The notes under the pieces are model-generated. The model was not told the origin of the DNA. It did no database searches and was given only the letters and a program-made list of their open reading frames with translations. A program made the translations under genes and the position numbers. Positions 52,311 through 63,540 of a stretch of 64,000 nucleotides of DNA are shown piece by piece; position 1 is the stretch's first letter, and the number at the start of each line of letters is the position of its first letter. The DNA is from Callorhinchus milii (Eukaryota): assembly GCF_018977255.1 (NCBI RefSeq), contig NW_024704743.1, positions 22,754,001 through 22,818,000 on the forward strand, written 5' to 3'.

Positions 52311-53094
52311 GAAACTTAATGGAAGTGAACGGCTCACTCTCCGTTGACACGGTTTCTGGCTACAATGAGCTGATAGTATCATATCTGTAAGGAACTTAGG
52401 GTGTTCAGTGCATTGGTTTTGAGTGTGTTGGGGAGGGGGGCTATTTCCTGTCCAAAGCAGAAAACGAATAGAAAGTAAACAGAAGAATTAACAAAGTAAA
52501 TGATTGACTTCTGAATTGCCTCTGTAAACTCTGTAACCAAGAAAGCATGCTGTAACCAGCATACTGAGAACACATATGTGTACATGTATGCCACTCTGGC
52601 ACATACAAATATTGTTTGTAAGGCACATTTCAGGGACAGGAACAGAAGCAAGAATTCAAGAAACTGCTCACAACATCACAAGAGAGCAATGGATGAAGAA
52701 GGCCCCCCACCTACGATCTTCCTGTTACACTATCAACAGGTTGTCTTTTATGTAGGATAATGTCTTGAAGTGCTGAGCAAGATGGAAATATGGGCTCAAT
52801 AGGCAGATGATCAAAGAGCCATTCAAAGACATCTAGGGTTTTTAGAAGGTTTCTGAAGATATAGAGGTAGGAAGGTCTTGAGAGTGAGATGTAATACTTA
52901 AAGCTCAATAACCAATGGTGGGTAGTTAGGGAAAGGTGGGAGGAGGGGTAATGGATGTGCAGCAGACCCGAGTTTACGGAGTGGCAAGTTCTATCTGAAA
53001 GTTGCTCTTCACAATCCTAAAACTTGAAAATAACTATACAGGTCAGCAAGCCAGGTGTGAGATGGTGATGATGCAATAACTATGAATTTATAGG

Positions 53095-53435
53095 TAAACA
53101 CAGCAGCCCAATTGCACATGGCAATGTCCCACAATCAACCATGAGTAACCTATTTTATTCAGGGGATTTTTGGCCAGAACATGCTTTGAGTAGTTTTCTC
53201 AGGGTAAAACTTTCTAAGTAGTGCCATAGGATCTTTAACTTGCACCTGAACAGGCAGACGGAGCTTTAGTTTTAATGTCTTATCCGAAGAACAGCACCTC
53301 AACCAATGCAGTGTTCCCCCAGCACTGAATTGGAGTGTCAGTCTAGACTTTGAGTTTAAAGTCACGATATGGGACTAAAATAGAATACCCTCTGACTCAG
53401 AGGTGAGAGTGTTACAAACTGAACCAGGCTGACAC
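53095..53435 (-). mobile_element. DeuSINE-like SINE
   Basis: agtgccataggatctttaac...ggagtgtcag...tctgactcagaggtgagagtg. Confidence 0.8.
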
Positions 53436-53569
53436 CTATCCAGAACTTCAGTCTCATTTAAATTAAGTCTTGGAGCTAAAGCAAGGTTGGGGGGGTTCAT
53501 ATTTTTAGTGTACTCTCTGGAAAAACCTCCAAGAAGTAGTCATTCAATGTTTACTATCTCCGGTTAATT

Positions 53570-54000
53570 CAACAACAACAACTTGTATTCACATGGCATC
53601 CTTATATCCTTATTCGTAGGTTCATGTCTCAGAATGCTTTACAGGGAGGGTGTTGGATGCTGAGCAAGGGAGGAGAGGAATGCAGCCATAAGTGCATTCA
53701 AAAGATTGGATCTGAGGCAGGATTTAAAGTCAGAAAGAAAGAGAGAGGATTTGTGGATGCAGAGCAAGCCCAAGTTAGCTGAGTGGAGGGGGCAGGTGGA
53801 GGAGTAAGGTAGGACGGAATTGGAGAGATAAGGTGGTGCTAGAGAGTGGATGGATTTGCAGGTGAGGGGAGAATCTCGAAAGCAATCTGCTGGAAGATAG
53901 GGATACAGTGAGGACTGGGGTGATGGACATGCTGAATCTGGTGTGCATGAGGATATGGGCAGCAGAGGTTTGGATGAGTTGCAGCTTGTAAATGGTGGAA
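53570..54000 (-). mobile_element. Degenerate L2 fragment
   Basis: (caa)n tail; gcagcagaggtttggatgagttgcagctt. Confidence 0.65.
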
Positions 54001-54101
54001 CATTAAGTCCTTAATGTTTTAACATGCTTTAACATGTTTCCTGATTATCCTCGTACTGTTCTAATATTGTAAGAAAAATTTACCTCACCATTTTACATTT
54101 G

Positions 54102-54403
54102 TGCTGGACAAACAGCAGGAAAGCTTGCCAGACAGCGGTATCAATGGCAAGCTATGCGGTTTTAGCTGGTTAGACTCCAGCAGTACCCCAATGCAGACTC
54201 TGGGCCTTGGTCCTTGCCAACTTGTGCCTAATACTTTTCAGAATTAGGTAAACAGGATACATCTCTCAAGGGAGAGAGTGAGTATTCCATTCCACAATCT
54301 ATCCCTGGGGTTTCCATGAGGAGGTGGGATGTATGGAAATCTCAGTTTAGTTTGCATGGTGATGGGTTTCCGCATGTGTCAGACACCCGGCTGACCAAAA
54401 AAA
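54102..54403 (+). repeat. Family D repeat, best-preserved copy
   Basis: Same blocks as 35450-35768, ending ggctgaccAAAAAAA. Confidence 0.8.
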
Positions 54404-54461
54404 TACATTCAAAAAATTTTCTAAGTCTTCCTATACTGTCTTGTATTTAGCCACTGTAATC

Positions 54462-54522
54462 CTTCAAGGCTATGAGGGCTGAGTTAAGAATCATTCTCAG
54501 CTCAGCCCTCATAGCCTTGAAG
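54462..54522. repeat. Near-perfect palindrome, 30-bp arms with 2 mismatches and 1-nt spacer
   Basis: cttcaaggctatgagggctgagttaagaat-c-attctcagctcagccctcatagccttgaag. Confidence 0.95.
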
Positions 54523-56064
54523 TTTGCCCGCTTAAAGTTGTGTACTAAAATTTGGTTGCCTGCTGAGCTTTGTTTTCAACCATTCTCTTCTTCCCCATTC
54601 TCTAGTTTGTCATTAGTTTCATGTTTTTTTTACGAAATGTAAAACTTCTATCCTATTTTCCCTGTTCTATTTTAATGCTTATTTGATGCTTTTAAAGTAT
54701 AAACTAATTACTTACCTTTCGTTCTTCTGCCTCTCTGCTCTCACCATCTGTTTAGAGGTGAGAGCAACATGTTTATTTGTGAAATATGTTTTCAAAGACT
54801 GAAAACTGGCTTCAAAGATCATTTCTGCAGCTAATAAAAATCCTAGACTCTCAAAATTGAAAAGGCCATATCACAGATGTGATGAGATTGATCCTTGGGG
54901 AGAAAATTTTGTGAAACGTACATTGCAAATATTCATTAGAAGCCACAGCAACCTTAAAGGGCTAACCCCATTGAATAAGCACTTTCTGTTCTATGAGTTG
55001 TCATAAAATATCATTGCAACCAGTCTTAATTTCAGTCACCACTTCCCCTTCGCCGCCTTCAGCAGTTCTTTGGCTGGAGTATAGATTTAAACATCTGAAA
55101 TTGCTTTGTGACTAACTATAAATCAATTTTATCTCAGGCTGTATCACCCAACTCATTGAGTCCAAATCCAAGGGATTTTTAATACAGTACCTCACAGAAT
55201 CATAGAAATTACAGCTTGGGTCAAATCAGAAGCCACTTAATCCACTGTATATACGCTGGTGCTAGCTCCTTCATTAGATAGATCTCTATTGCCAATTCCC
55301 TGCTGTTTTTCCAGACACTTTCACATTGTTCTTATTAAAATAATTATTTAAATCCCTGTTAAGTGTTGTTACCATCGTAACTTCCAATAGCCACTTGAGT
55401 TTATGCCCCTTGTTACTGAGCTGATTACCTAGACTGGTACTCTTGACAGATAGTTTATCTGACCTTTTCTATGGTCTATCTACTTTTGTCCTGCATTTTT
55501 TATTCATGAGATGAAATGTACAGTGTTTCATAACAGATTTGATATGATAATTTTTCGGTAAACAGTGGCCTGATAGGGGAGAATTGATTGAACTTCAGTC
55601 CGAACCGTACAAACTTACAGAACGGAAGGAGATCATTCAGCCCAACTTGCCCTGTGCGTCTGAAACAACGATGTTGTGAAAAGTTAATATGTCAGCTACT
55701 CTCACCTTAAATCCAAGATGTGGGCTAAAGTTTTTAGAAAAATCACGTGTGGAGCAAAGCAAAGCCAAAATGAGGATATTTAGAGCTGAAATTAGTTATT
55801 AATTATTGGATGAAATGCCTGCATTTCTTAAGAGATCATCAAGCTGTTTCTACATGAGACCAGTTTTTGGCCTCCATCACCCTTTCTGGTCCCACATCAG
55901 CTATCAACTACCTGATTTTTGTGAAAAAAATAAGTTAGTTCATAGCTAGTATCTTTCCTAAAATTACCTTTAACAGTCCTGAATGTTTATGCTTTTGCTG
56001 TACTTCCTGGGTGTATTTGAAAATATTGTTCTGGGTCTAACTTTTTCAATCCATTTAATAATAA

Positions 56065-56467
56065 CTTAATAATAATCCTTGCATTTGATATAGCACCTTA
56101 TCACGTTGTTGAGACGTCTCAAAGCGCTTCATAGGATAAACTGTCAAGTGGATTGACTCTGTATTTTGTGGGCGAAATGTGGCAGCCAATTGTGCACAGC
56201 AATGTTCCACAAACAGTCATGGAGTGAGTGATCAATTTTATTTGTAGAATTGTTGGCCAGGACACTGGGGGCCACTCCCTTCTCTATTTGCATAGTGCCA
56301 TGGGATCTTTAACAGCCACCTGAACAGGGAAATGGGACCTCGGTTTAATGTATATCCAACAATGCAACACACATCTTAGACTATGTGATTCCAAATCCCG
56401 ACGAGGGACTTGAACCCACAGCCTTCCCACTCAAGGTGAAAGCGCTTCCATTGACTCAGACTGACAC
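56065..56467 (-). mobile_element. Full-length DeuSINE-like SINE with family-A-type tail
   Basis: Tail, tagtgccatgggatcttta central domain, gggacttgaacccaca B box. Confidence 0.9.
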
Positions 56468-56569
56468 ACAGATCTCCTTTTATTTCAAACATACAGTAAT
56501 AATAATTGATTGAGCTACTTATCCCTCTGAGACATTTGTTTCAAGGCTGAAGATTCCTAGTTTATCTGA

Positions 56570-57380
56570 TGATTACATATATAAGTCATTCCAGCAAAAC
56601 TGGGAATCATCCTCATTGCCCTGCTCTCCAATGCCTACACTACCTAGGCAGTCCCTAACATTACGGTGACAAGAACTGTACACGGTACTCTAGGTGTGGT
56701 GAGATCAGATCACTGTAAATCTTAAACAAAGTGTCTTGCGATCTGTACTTATCTGTTTTGACACTACAACTGAAGATTATATTAGTTTTGTTTAGTTTTG
56801 AGCACTAAGTGAACGAACCCACCTAGGTCTCGTTAAACAGCTCCCTTGGAAAAGTCTATCCCATCCCTAGAGTACATATGCCTCCTACTTTTATTTCCAA
56901 TATGCAGTGCCTTGCATTGATCTGTATTGAACTTCATTTGTCAGCTTAATTCCATGATCTGCCTAGCTCTTGATGTAAGATTTTGGCTGCGTCCACTGAT
57001 TCCACATTTTCTCCTAAACTGGGATAATCTACATATGTAATTATATTCCACTAAGTCTGAGATTCCATATCATTATTATGTACTAGGAACACAAGGACCC
57101 AACGTGGATATCTGAGCCATCCACTCAATACCTTTTCCCATTTGAACCCAGGTCATCTATTGACTATCTTCTGCTTGCTTCCCTTAAGCCAGTGACTAAA
57201 CTACATCAATGCCTTAACCTTGATACACAATAATGTCAATTTGTAAAGGAGTCTTTTGCTTGGCACTTTGTCAAAGGCCTTTTGGATGTCCAGTACACCA
57301 CAATATATTACTTCCCACAATCAAAATGGGATATCATCGCCTCAAAAAGGTCAATGTTTTTCAGACAAGATCTATCCCCT
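56570..57380 (-). mobile_element. Degenerate CR1 ORF2 fragment
   Basis: gaactgtacacggtactc, gaacttcatttg, ggcactttgtcaaaggccttttgga (QKAFDKVP on minus strand). Confidence 0.8.
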
Positions 57381-57399
57381 CTGAAAACATGTCACTTAT

Positions 57400-57960
57400 G
57401 AAAGTGGTCTTCAAACTTGTAAAAGATTTTCAGAGGATAAACAATGAAAGATTACCAAGGTGGTATATATATCAAGTGGGGGCATGGGATTGTCACTGAA
57501 ACAAAGAAGGGGAAGGTTATAAACATTTTCTTTTACTCATAGAGTTGTTAGACATGATTTGCCACACTTTGCTGCCAAGTATACTGATGTTGATGACCAT
57601 AACAACTTTTAAAAGGGAATGCTACAACAATAACAACTTGCATTAATGTAGTCCCTTCACACATGGTAGCATCTCCTAGCACTTAACAGTGGCGGAGCCT
57701 GATGCCAAGCCAGGGAGAGGGGGCAAGGCAGATGGATTAAGGGAGAGAGTTCCAAAGTTTGGGGGCGTAGTGACTGAGAGTGAGGGTCAGGCAGGAGACC
57801 AAAGCTAGAGTATAAGTACAGTATTTCTAAAGAAACAAGAAAGGGTATGAGGAAAGAGCAGATAATTGGGGTTAGAAAAGTTTTGTTGGAGGAGCTGGCA
57901 CCAGTTCAAGGTGAAAGAGCCAAATGGCCTCCTCGTGCAGTAATTTCTATGATTCTGTGA
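57400..57960 (+). mobile_element. CR1 3' region with an inserted minus-strand L2 tail (about 57620-57810)
   Basis: gccaaatggcctcctc...ttctatgattctgtga. Confidence 0.7.
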
Positions 57961-58247
57961 TTTTATATTCTCTTATCATCTGTGTGCTATTAAATTTCAC
58001 TAGATACTCTGAACATTCCTAATAGATGTAGAATGTTGGACAAAGAGCTCTCCAGAGAGATAAATGCTGGTTCAAAATGCTGTGGGGAGAATATATACTG
58101 TACTTACAAAAATCATTAATAAGAATTTGGCCCAAACCATTTTGGATGATGGAGATATTATGTTACTGGGAACAACTATACTAGCAATTACAGCAGCATG
58201 GTTTTATGTTCTGGTGATAACAAAATAATGAATACAATACGCCCAAC

Positions 58248-58431
58248 ATGTAGGTTGGGCTAATAGCCCATGGGCTAATCAGACTCAGATGCATGCAGGT
58301 GCCTTAATTATGTTACTAATCAATGGCCATAATTCTGGAATCACATCTGGAATTATTTTCATTGACATAATCAAGGGCACCTGTATGTGTTTGGATATGG
58401 TTAGCCCATGGGCTATTAGCCCAACCCGCAT
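58248..58431. repeat. ~180-bp imperfect fold-back palindrome (MITE-like)
   Basis: ggttgggctaatagcccatgggctaa ... ttagcccatgggctattagcccaacc; inner arms caggtgcc/ggcacctg and ataattc/gaattat. Confidence 0.85.
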
Positions 58432-58621
58432 TTTTGTCTCAAGAGAGAGGAAAGGACGAAAGTATTACCCAGTGTAGCAGCAGCTATAGAGACAGGAAGC
58501 TTGTACGTCGTATTTCTGATATTCTCCAAGTTATTTTTTTTATCAGCTCTGGGAGCTGAAATGGAGCTACAACTGGTCTCAGTGCCTTGGGGTTAAGAAG
58601 TATTATAATAATCCTTACATT

Positions 58622-58955
58622 GTGGAGTCCTGTGTGGAGCAAGCGAGAGGACCTGGGTTTGATTCCCGGGCAGGGTAAAACATTGGGCAAGTTTCCTAAC
58701 TCCACAAGCCTCCGTTCCCCTCGCAGTAAGTAGGAAGCTGGATCATTTTGCCGCGGGTAATAATCCTTTTTTAAAAAATTTGGTCCCTCAATCCACGACT
58801 GTTTGTGGGACACTGCTGTGTGCAATTGGCTGCCGCGTTTCACCCACAAAATATACAGTCAACCACTTTACAGTATATTCTGTAAAGCACTTTGAGAGAC
58901 CTCAAAGATGTAATAAAGTGCTATATCAAATGCAAGGATTATTATTATTATTATT
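58622..58955 (+). mobile_element. tRNA-derived SINE (family A, long form, head partly deleted)
   Basis: gtggagtcctgtg...gggcaagtttcc...tail. Confidence 0.9.
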
Positions 58956-59544
58956 TGTATAGTACCTTTCACTTAGGGAGGACTTCCCAAACGGCTTTGC
59001 CGAATGTACTTTAAAGTGTAGTGACTGCGAGTTTCGTGGGTGAATCCCAAGTCTCCCAGTTAGTTTGTTCACCAATGAGTGATTCCTACTGGAAGGAATC
59101 TGTGCATGCGCATTGGTGAGATAGGAAAGGCAGTGATGCCCCTCACAGTTGAATAGCCTGAAAACAGGCACTGTCTACAGTCGTAAAAACTGTGACTGAT
59201 TACAAAGTCACTGTAAAGTACCAACTGACTGGCGACAAAAGCATCCCACAATGGAGCTAAGTTATTGGAGGAGCATTTGTTTCTCCTCCATTTGTTGTTA
59301 AACATAGACATTAAACCATGGATAAAGTTGTTATCAACATCAGCAGCTTGCAAAGTTCAATTGTAAAATTCTGAATTGTCATGAACTGTTCATTCAGATG
59401 GCTAGGACAAGCAACATTTGGACAGTTCTTTTGGATTCCAAATCAATACGATTTTATGACATTGCATTTATGATGTTACCCCAAAATATGTTTGTCAAAA
59501 CCTATTTGTGAAGATAGATCCTGTTTAAACAGTGCGTCATAATC

Positions 59545-60350
59545 CTGCCAAACAAAAATAAATAATAATTTGGTCACTCAATCCATGACTGTTTGTGGGT
59601 ACACTACTGTATGCAATTGACAGAGTTTCTCCCACAAAATATACAGTCGATTCACTTTATAGTATATTCTGTGAATCGCTTTGAGATGTCTCGAAGGCAT
59701 GATAAGGTGCTGAATCAAATGCAAGGATTATCATTATTATCATCCAGGTTTACTGTATTCATATACAAATTATACAATAAATCCACTTTACAGTATATTC
59801 TGGGAAGCGCTTTGAGATGTCTTAACGACGTAATAAGGTACTATATCAAATCAAGGATTATTGTCATTATTACGTTGACCTTGGAACTCTAACTCATGGT
59901 AATCTCTAAGATTTCTCAGCTTTATTTTTCTGTTTTTTATCCCTATTCTAAGCACAAGGGTAATGATTTGATGATAGAAATTATTGTTTCTCAAGTATTC
60001 CCTTTTAATACTGTTATGAACACTGCTTCAACAAGTATATATGATAAGGTTTTCCACTTTACCAATAAAATAAATATTAATCGTCACATTTAATGTAGAA
60101 CATGTCATGCTGGAGTGCGTCTCAAAGTGTTTCATAGGATATACTGTAAAGTGTAGTAACTGTATATTGTAAAAGGAGCACCTAATTTGCATACAGTAAT
60201 GTAGCAGCCATGCACTGCTGTGGCAATTGGCAGCTGCGTTTCGCTCACAAATATACAGTCAATTCACTTTACAGTATATTCTGTGAAGCGCTTTGAGACG
60301 TCTAGAAGACGTGAAAAGCGCTATATCAAATGCAAGCATTATTATTATTA
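59545..60350 (+). mobile_element. Cluster of SINE 3' fragments (59545-59740, 59780-59870, 60215-60350)
   Basis: Repeated cactttacagtatattctg...atcaaat tails. Confidence 0.85.
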
Positions 60351-61064
60351 TGAAGTGAGGGACCATTTTCATCTGGGTGATTGTTGGCCAGGACAACTCT
60401 TTGTATTGAAACTTATTTAGATTAACAATGAATTTATAGTACAACAACAACAAATTACATTTGTATAGCACTTTTCGCGTCAGGAGGTCATCCCAAAGAC
60501 AAAGAGCAAATGCATTTTGTCCTCTACCAAATCTAAATTATACCGCTGCTCATTTTCTGCAGCACAAAATCCTTTACAGTGAGTTAGAGGGAGGCTGACA
60601 GAAGAATGCAATGTGCAAATGCTACCAATGGCTTCTCATACCTATTTAATATGACTCCCCTCTCTTGCTCCATGAAGCAGTTGAGCAATTGTGCTGTTCC
60701 TTTTGCAATTGTGATCATTTCCTTTTCATCATGGGGAGAGATTTTGCGGAATTCTGGCCTGGCAACTTAAACATGGAGCAAATCTTCCCCAGAAAATGTA
60801 TCCAGTGACTCAAAACTAAGCCAAATAAGAAATAAACAAAATAGAGCTGCAAGCCATGTGTGATTGTACCCTCATGCACAGGCACAAGGCTGGAATACGC
60901 TTCAGCCAATGGTTTGAATTTGTTCCCCTCACCCTTAAATTAGTAAAAGTGAAACTGTAAAAATGCCTTTTCTATTGAGAACATTTTTTGAGCGAGTTTG
61001 CAAACTGATTGCAACCAGAAGACTTTCCAATTTAAACGGTTTAGATTTCAAACACAGACCTGTA

Positions 61065-61487
61065 TTGGCTTGGCTCAGTTAACCCAGAAGGTTCTGGGTT
61101 CAAGCCTCGCATTGGAACTTTAAACTCGGAGTCCAGGCTGACACTCCAGTGCGTTGCTGGGGGAGTGCTAAATCATCAGAGATTCTGCCTTTCGGACATG
61201 TCAACTGAGATCCCGTCTGCCTGTTCAAATGGTCATTGAAGATCCTATGGCACTATTTGAAAAAAGAAGGGATTTTCTCCTGGTGTCCTGATCAACAATC
61301 CCCCAAATATAATAAGATTGGCCACTCATGGCTGTCTGTGGGACATTGCTGTACACAAATTGGCTGCGGTGTTCGCCTACAAAATACACAGTTACTATAA
61401 TTGATAAATCCTGTGAAGCGCAGTGAGACAGTTTACCAACATAAAAGGCGCTATATCAAATTCAAGGATTATTATAATTATTATTAG
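61065..61487 (+). mobile_element. Full-length DeuSINE-like SINE
   Basis: tggctcagtt...gggttcaagcc...ggctgacactccagtg...tggcactatttg...tail. Confidence 0.88.
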
Positions 61488-61924
61488 ATCTCATTAGATC
61501 TCAATCTCATTCACAGATCTGAAAAGGCAATACCTGCCAAGTGGACCACAAAACAATACTGATTGGAAAGCTAAATGCTTGAACCCTTGAAGTGAGAAAA
61601 TCTTGGCAAAGCAAGTTGGGAAGCTATCCTGTGTCCCAACTTATTTTGTCTGAGATTTAGTGTCCTGGATTAGGGAGGAAAAAAACATCTAGGAATGCTG
61701 CAGCCAAGGCCCCAGTTCCTATTTAGTCTTTAAGACCATTGTCTAAAAAAATTGTGCAGAATTGCAGAATATTTCAAAATTCAGTCTTAATTTCTAAGCC
61801 ACTTTGTTTTAAGAACTGTGGAAATCCATTGAACCAATTGAAAATGAATCTTGCACATCCTTAAAATGATCTTACAGGCAAAAAATAGAGGAATAGATGG
61901 AATTGTGGACATCTGATCATTCTC

Positions 61925-62130
61925 CAGGATCCCTGCTGGAAAGGGTGTGAGTTTGGATGTCAGGTAAGGACATCATTGGGCTATATTGTTGATCTGTGGT
62001 CAAATAGGCTGTCAAGACTTGCCTATTTGCAATGGCCACTTGAACAGGGCCTCAGAGAGCAAATGACATGTGGAACAATAAACCCAGCTGGATAAAAAAA
62101 TAGTCAAAGGCCTTCATGATAGGAGGAAGA
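61925..62130 (+). mobile_element. Old SINE-like repeat (family C), 3' part
   Basis: ccctgctggaaagggtgtgagtttggatgtcagg...aatggccacttg. Confidence 0.6.
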
Positions 62131-62892
62131 GTAGGACGTTGAAGAAGAAAACTGTCATAGAAGATATATGTTTTTAAATGGTAAGCTACCTGCTGTGGAC
62201 AATTATTTATTCATTCTGATTAATTTTACAACTAAAGTAAGTTGGAAATCCCAATCCTAAAATTAGATTTTCATGGTCTGTCTCAAAATGTGCCTCTTTG
62301 ACTGTGCTTTCAGTCATCTTTCCCTTCCCCACTCCCCTCTGCTCACAACACCAGCTCAGATGCTCAGCAAGATGTGCCAAAAGCCTTGTAACATCCTCCC
62401 AATGTGAAAGGTACAATATACATTTTTATAAATGTAAATTTGTATGGTATATATTTTAAGACTTGTTACATTAAAGATACTTCCTGCAAGTCAACTCACA
62501 CACAGCAATTGAGTCAAGTAGATTTAATGCAACAGTCAGTTTGACTAGCAAAATAAAAACAAGAAAAAATGGATACTGTAAAATATTCTCTATTTAAAAC
62601 CTGAAGGGAAGTGATTAGTAAGAAAGAGACAGGCATATGACAGGCGGTTCTTGTTTTCTGCTGGGTTAAATGAAAGACGAATAGGAAATACAAGAAGAAA
62701 GTTACAGGCAGATAAGAAGCATGTTTGAGGGTGTGCTCAGTGATTCTCTGAATGAACAATGCAGGGTAGAAACTCTGTCACCAGATCGAGAGAGTTCTGG
62801 CTGGCTTGCAACTTGTGTAGGAAGGAGCTAGGGAGTCCAGTGAGCAGGGTGAATTATGCAATGCTGCAAATTGTGATTCATTCCTAAACATT

Positions 62893-62993
62893 TCGCCCAC
62901 AAATCAATTCACTTTACAGTATATTCTGTGAAGCGCTTTGAGATGTCTAGAAAACGTGAAAAGCGCTATATCAAATGCAAGAATTATTATTAT
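62893..62993 (+). mobile_element. SINE 3' fragment
   Basis: Consensus tail. Confidence 0.85.
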
Positions 62994-63109
62994 AACTATG
63001 GGCTGGTACTAAACATCCCCTGGCGTCATGTGTGGGATGCAACATCTCAAGTCAGCATTGCAGCTGCATAAATAGAGTGCAGATCTTCCAAACAAGCAAT
63101 GTAAAGATG

Positions 63110-63540
63110 TCAGCTTAGCTTTCTTTGGTAACTCCTGCTGGTCAGATACTGGTGGGTTCCTTGTGCTCTATATTGACTCCAGTGTGGTATTGAGGGAGCC
63201 CAACATTGTTGGATGAAACATTAACCTGTTTAACAATTTAATTAAATTAAATTAATTTTTAATTTTAATTAAATTAACATTAACATTCTCTTCTTCAGGT
63301 GCATGCAAAAGATATCTGACATTACCTGGAAAGAGAAGTGAGTTTCTCCTAAAGCTTTGTGCAACCTTCTCCTTTTCTCCTTCCTCCCTCTTTCATAAAT
63401 ATTTGATCATTCACCTCATAGCTGTTTGTTAGGACCTTATGTTTGCTAAGTTTGTGTTTAAAATAAATCATTTCACTTGACAGAATTTATTGAGATGTTT
63501 TGCTGTGATAAAGCATCATGAATAAGTTCTTTCTTTCAAA
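63110..63540 (+). mobile_element. Degenerate DeuSINE-like element containing an A/T-only tract (63235-63277)
   Basis: ctccagtgtggtattgagggag, ggatgaaacattaa, caggtgcatgcaaaagat. Confidence 0.6.
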
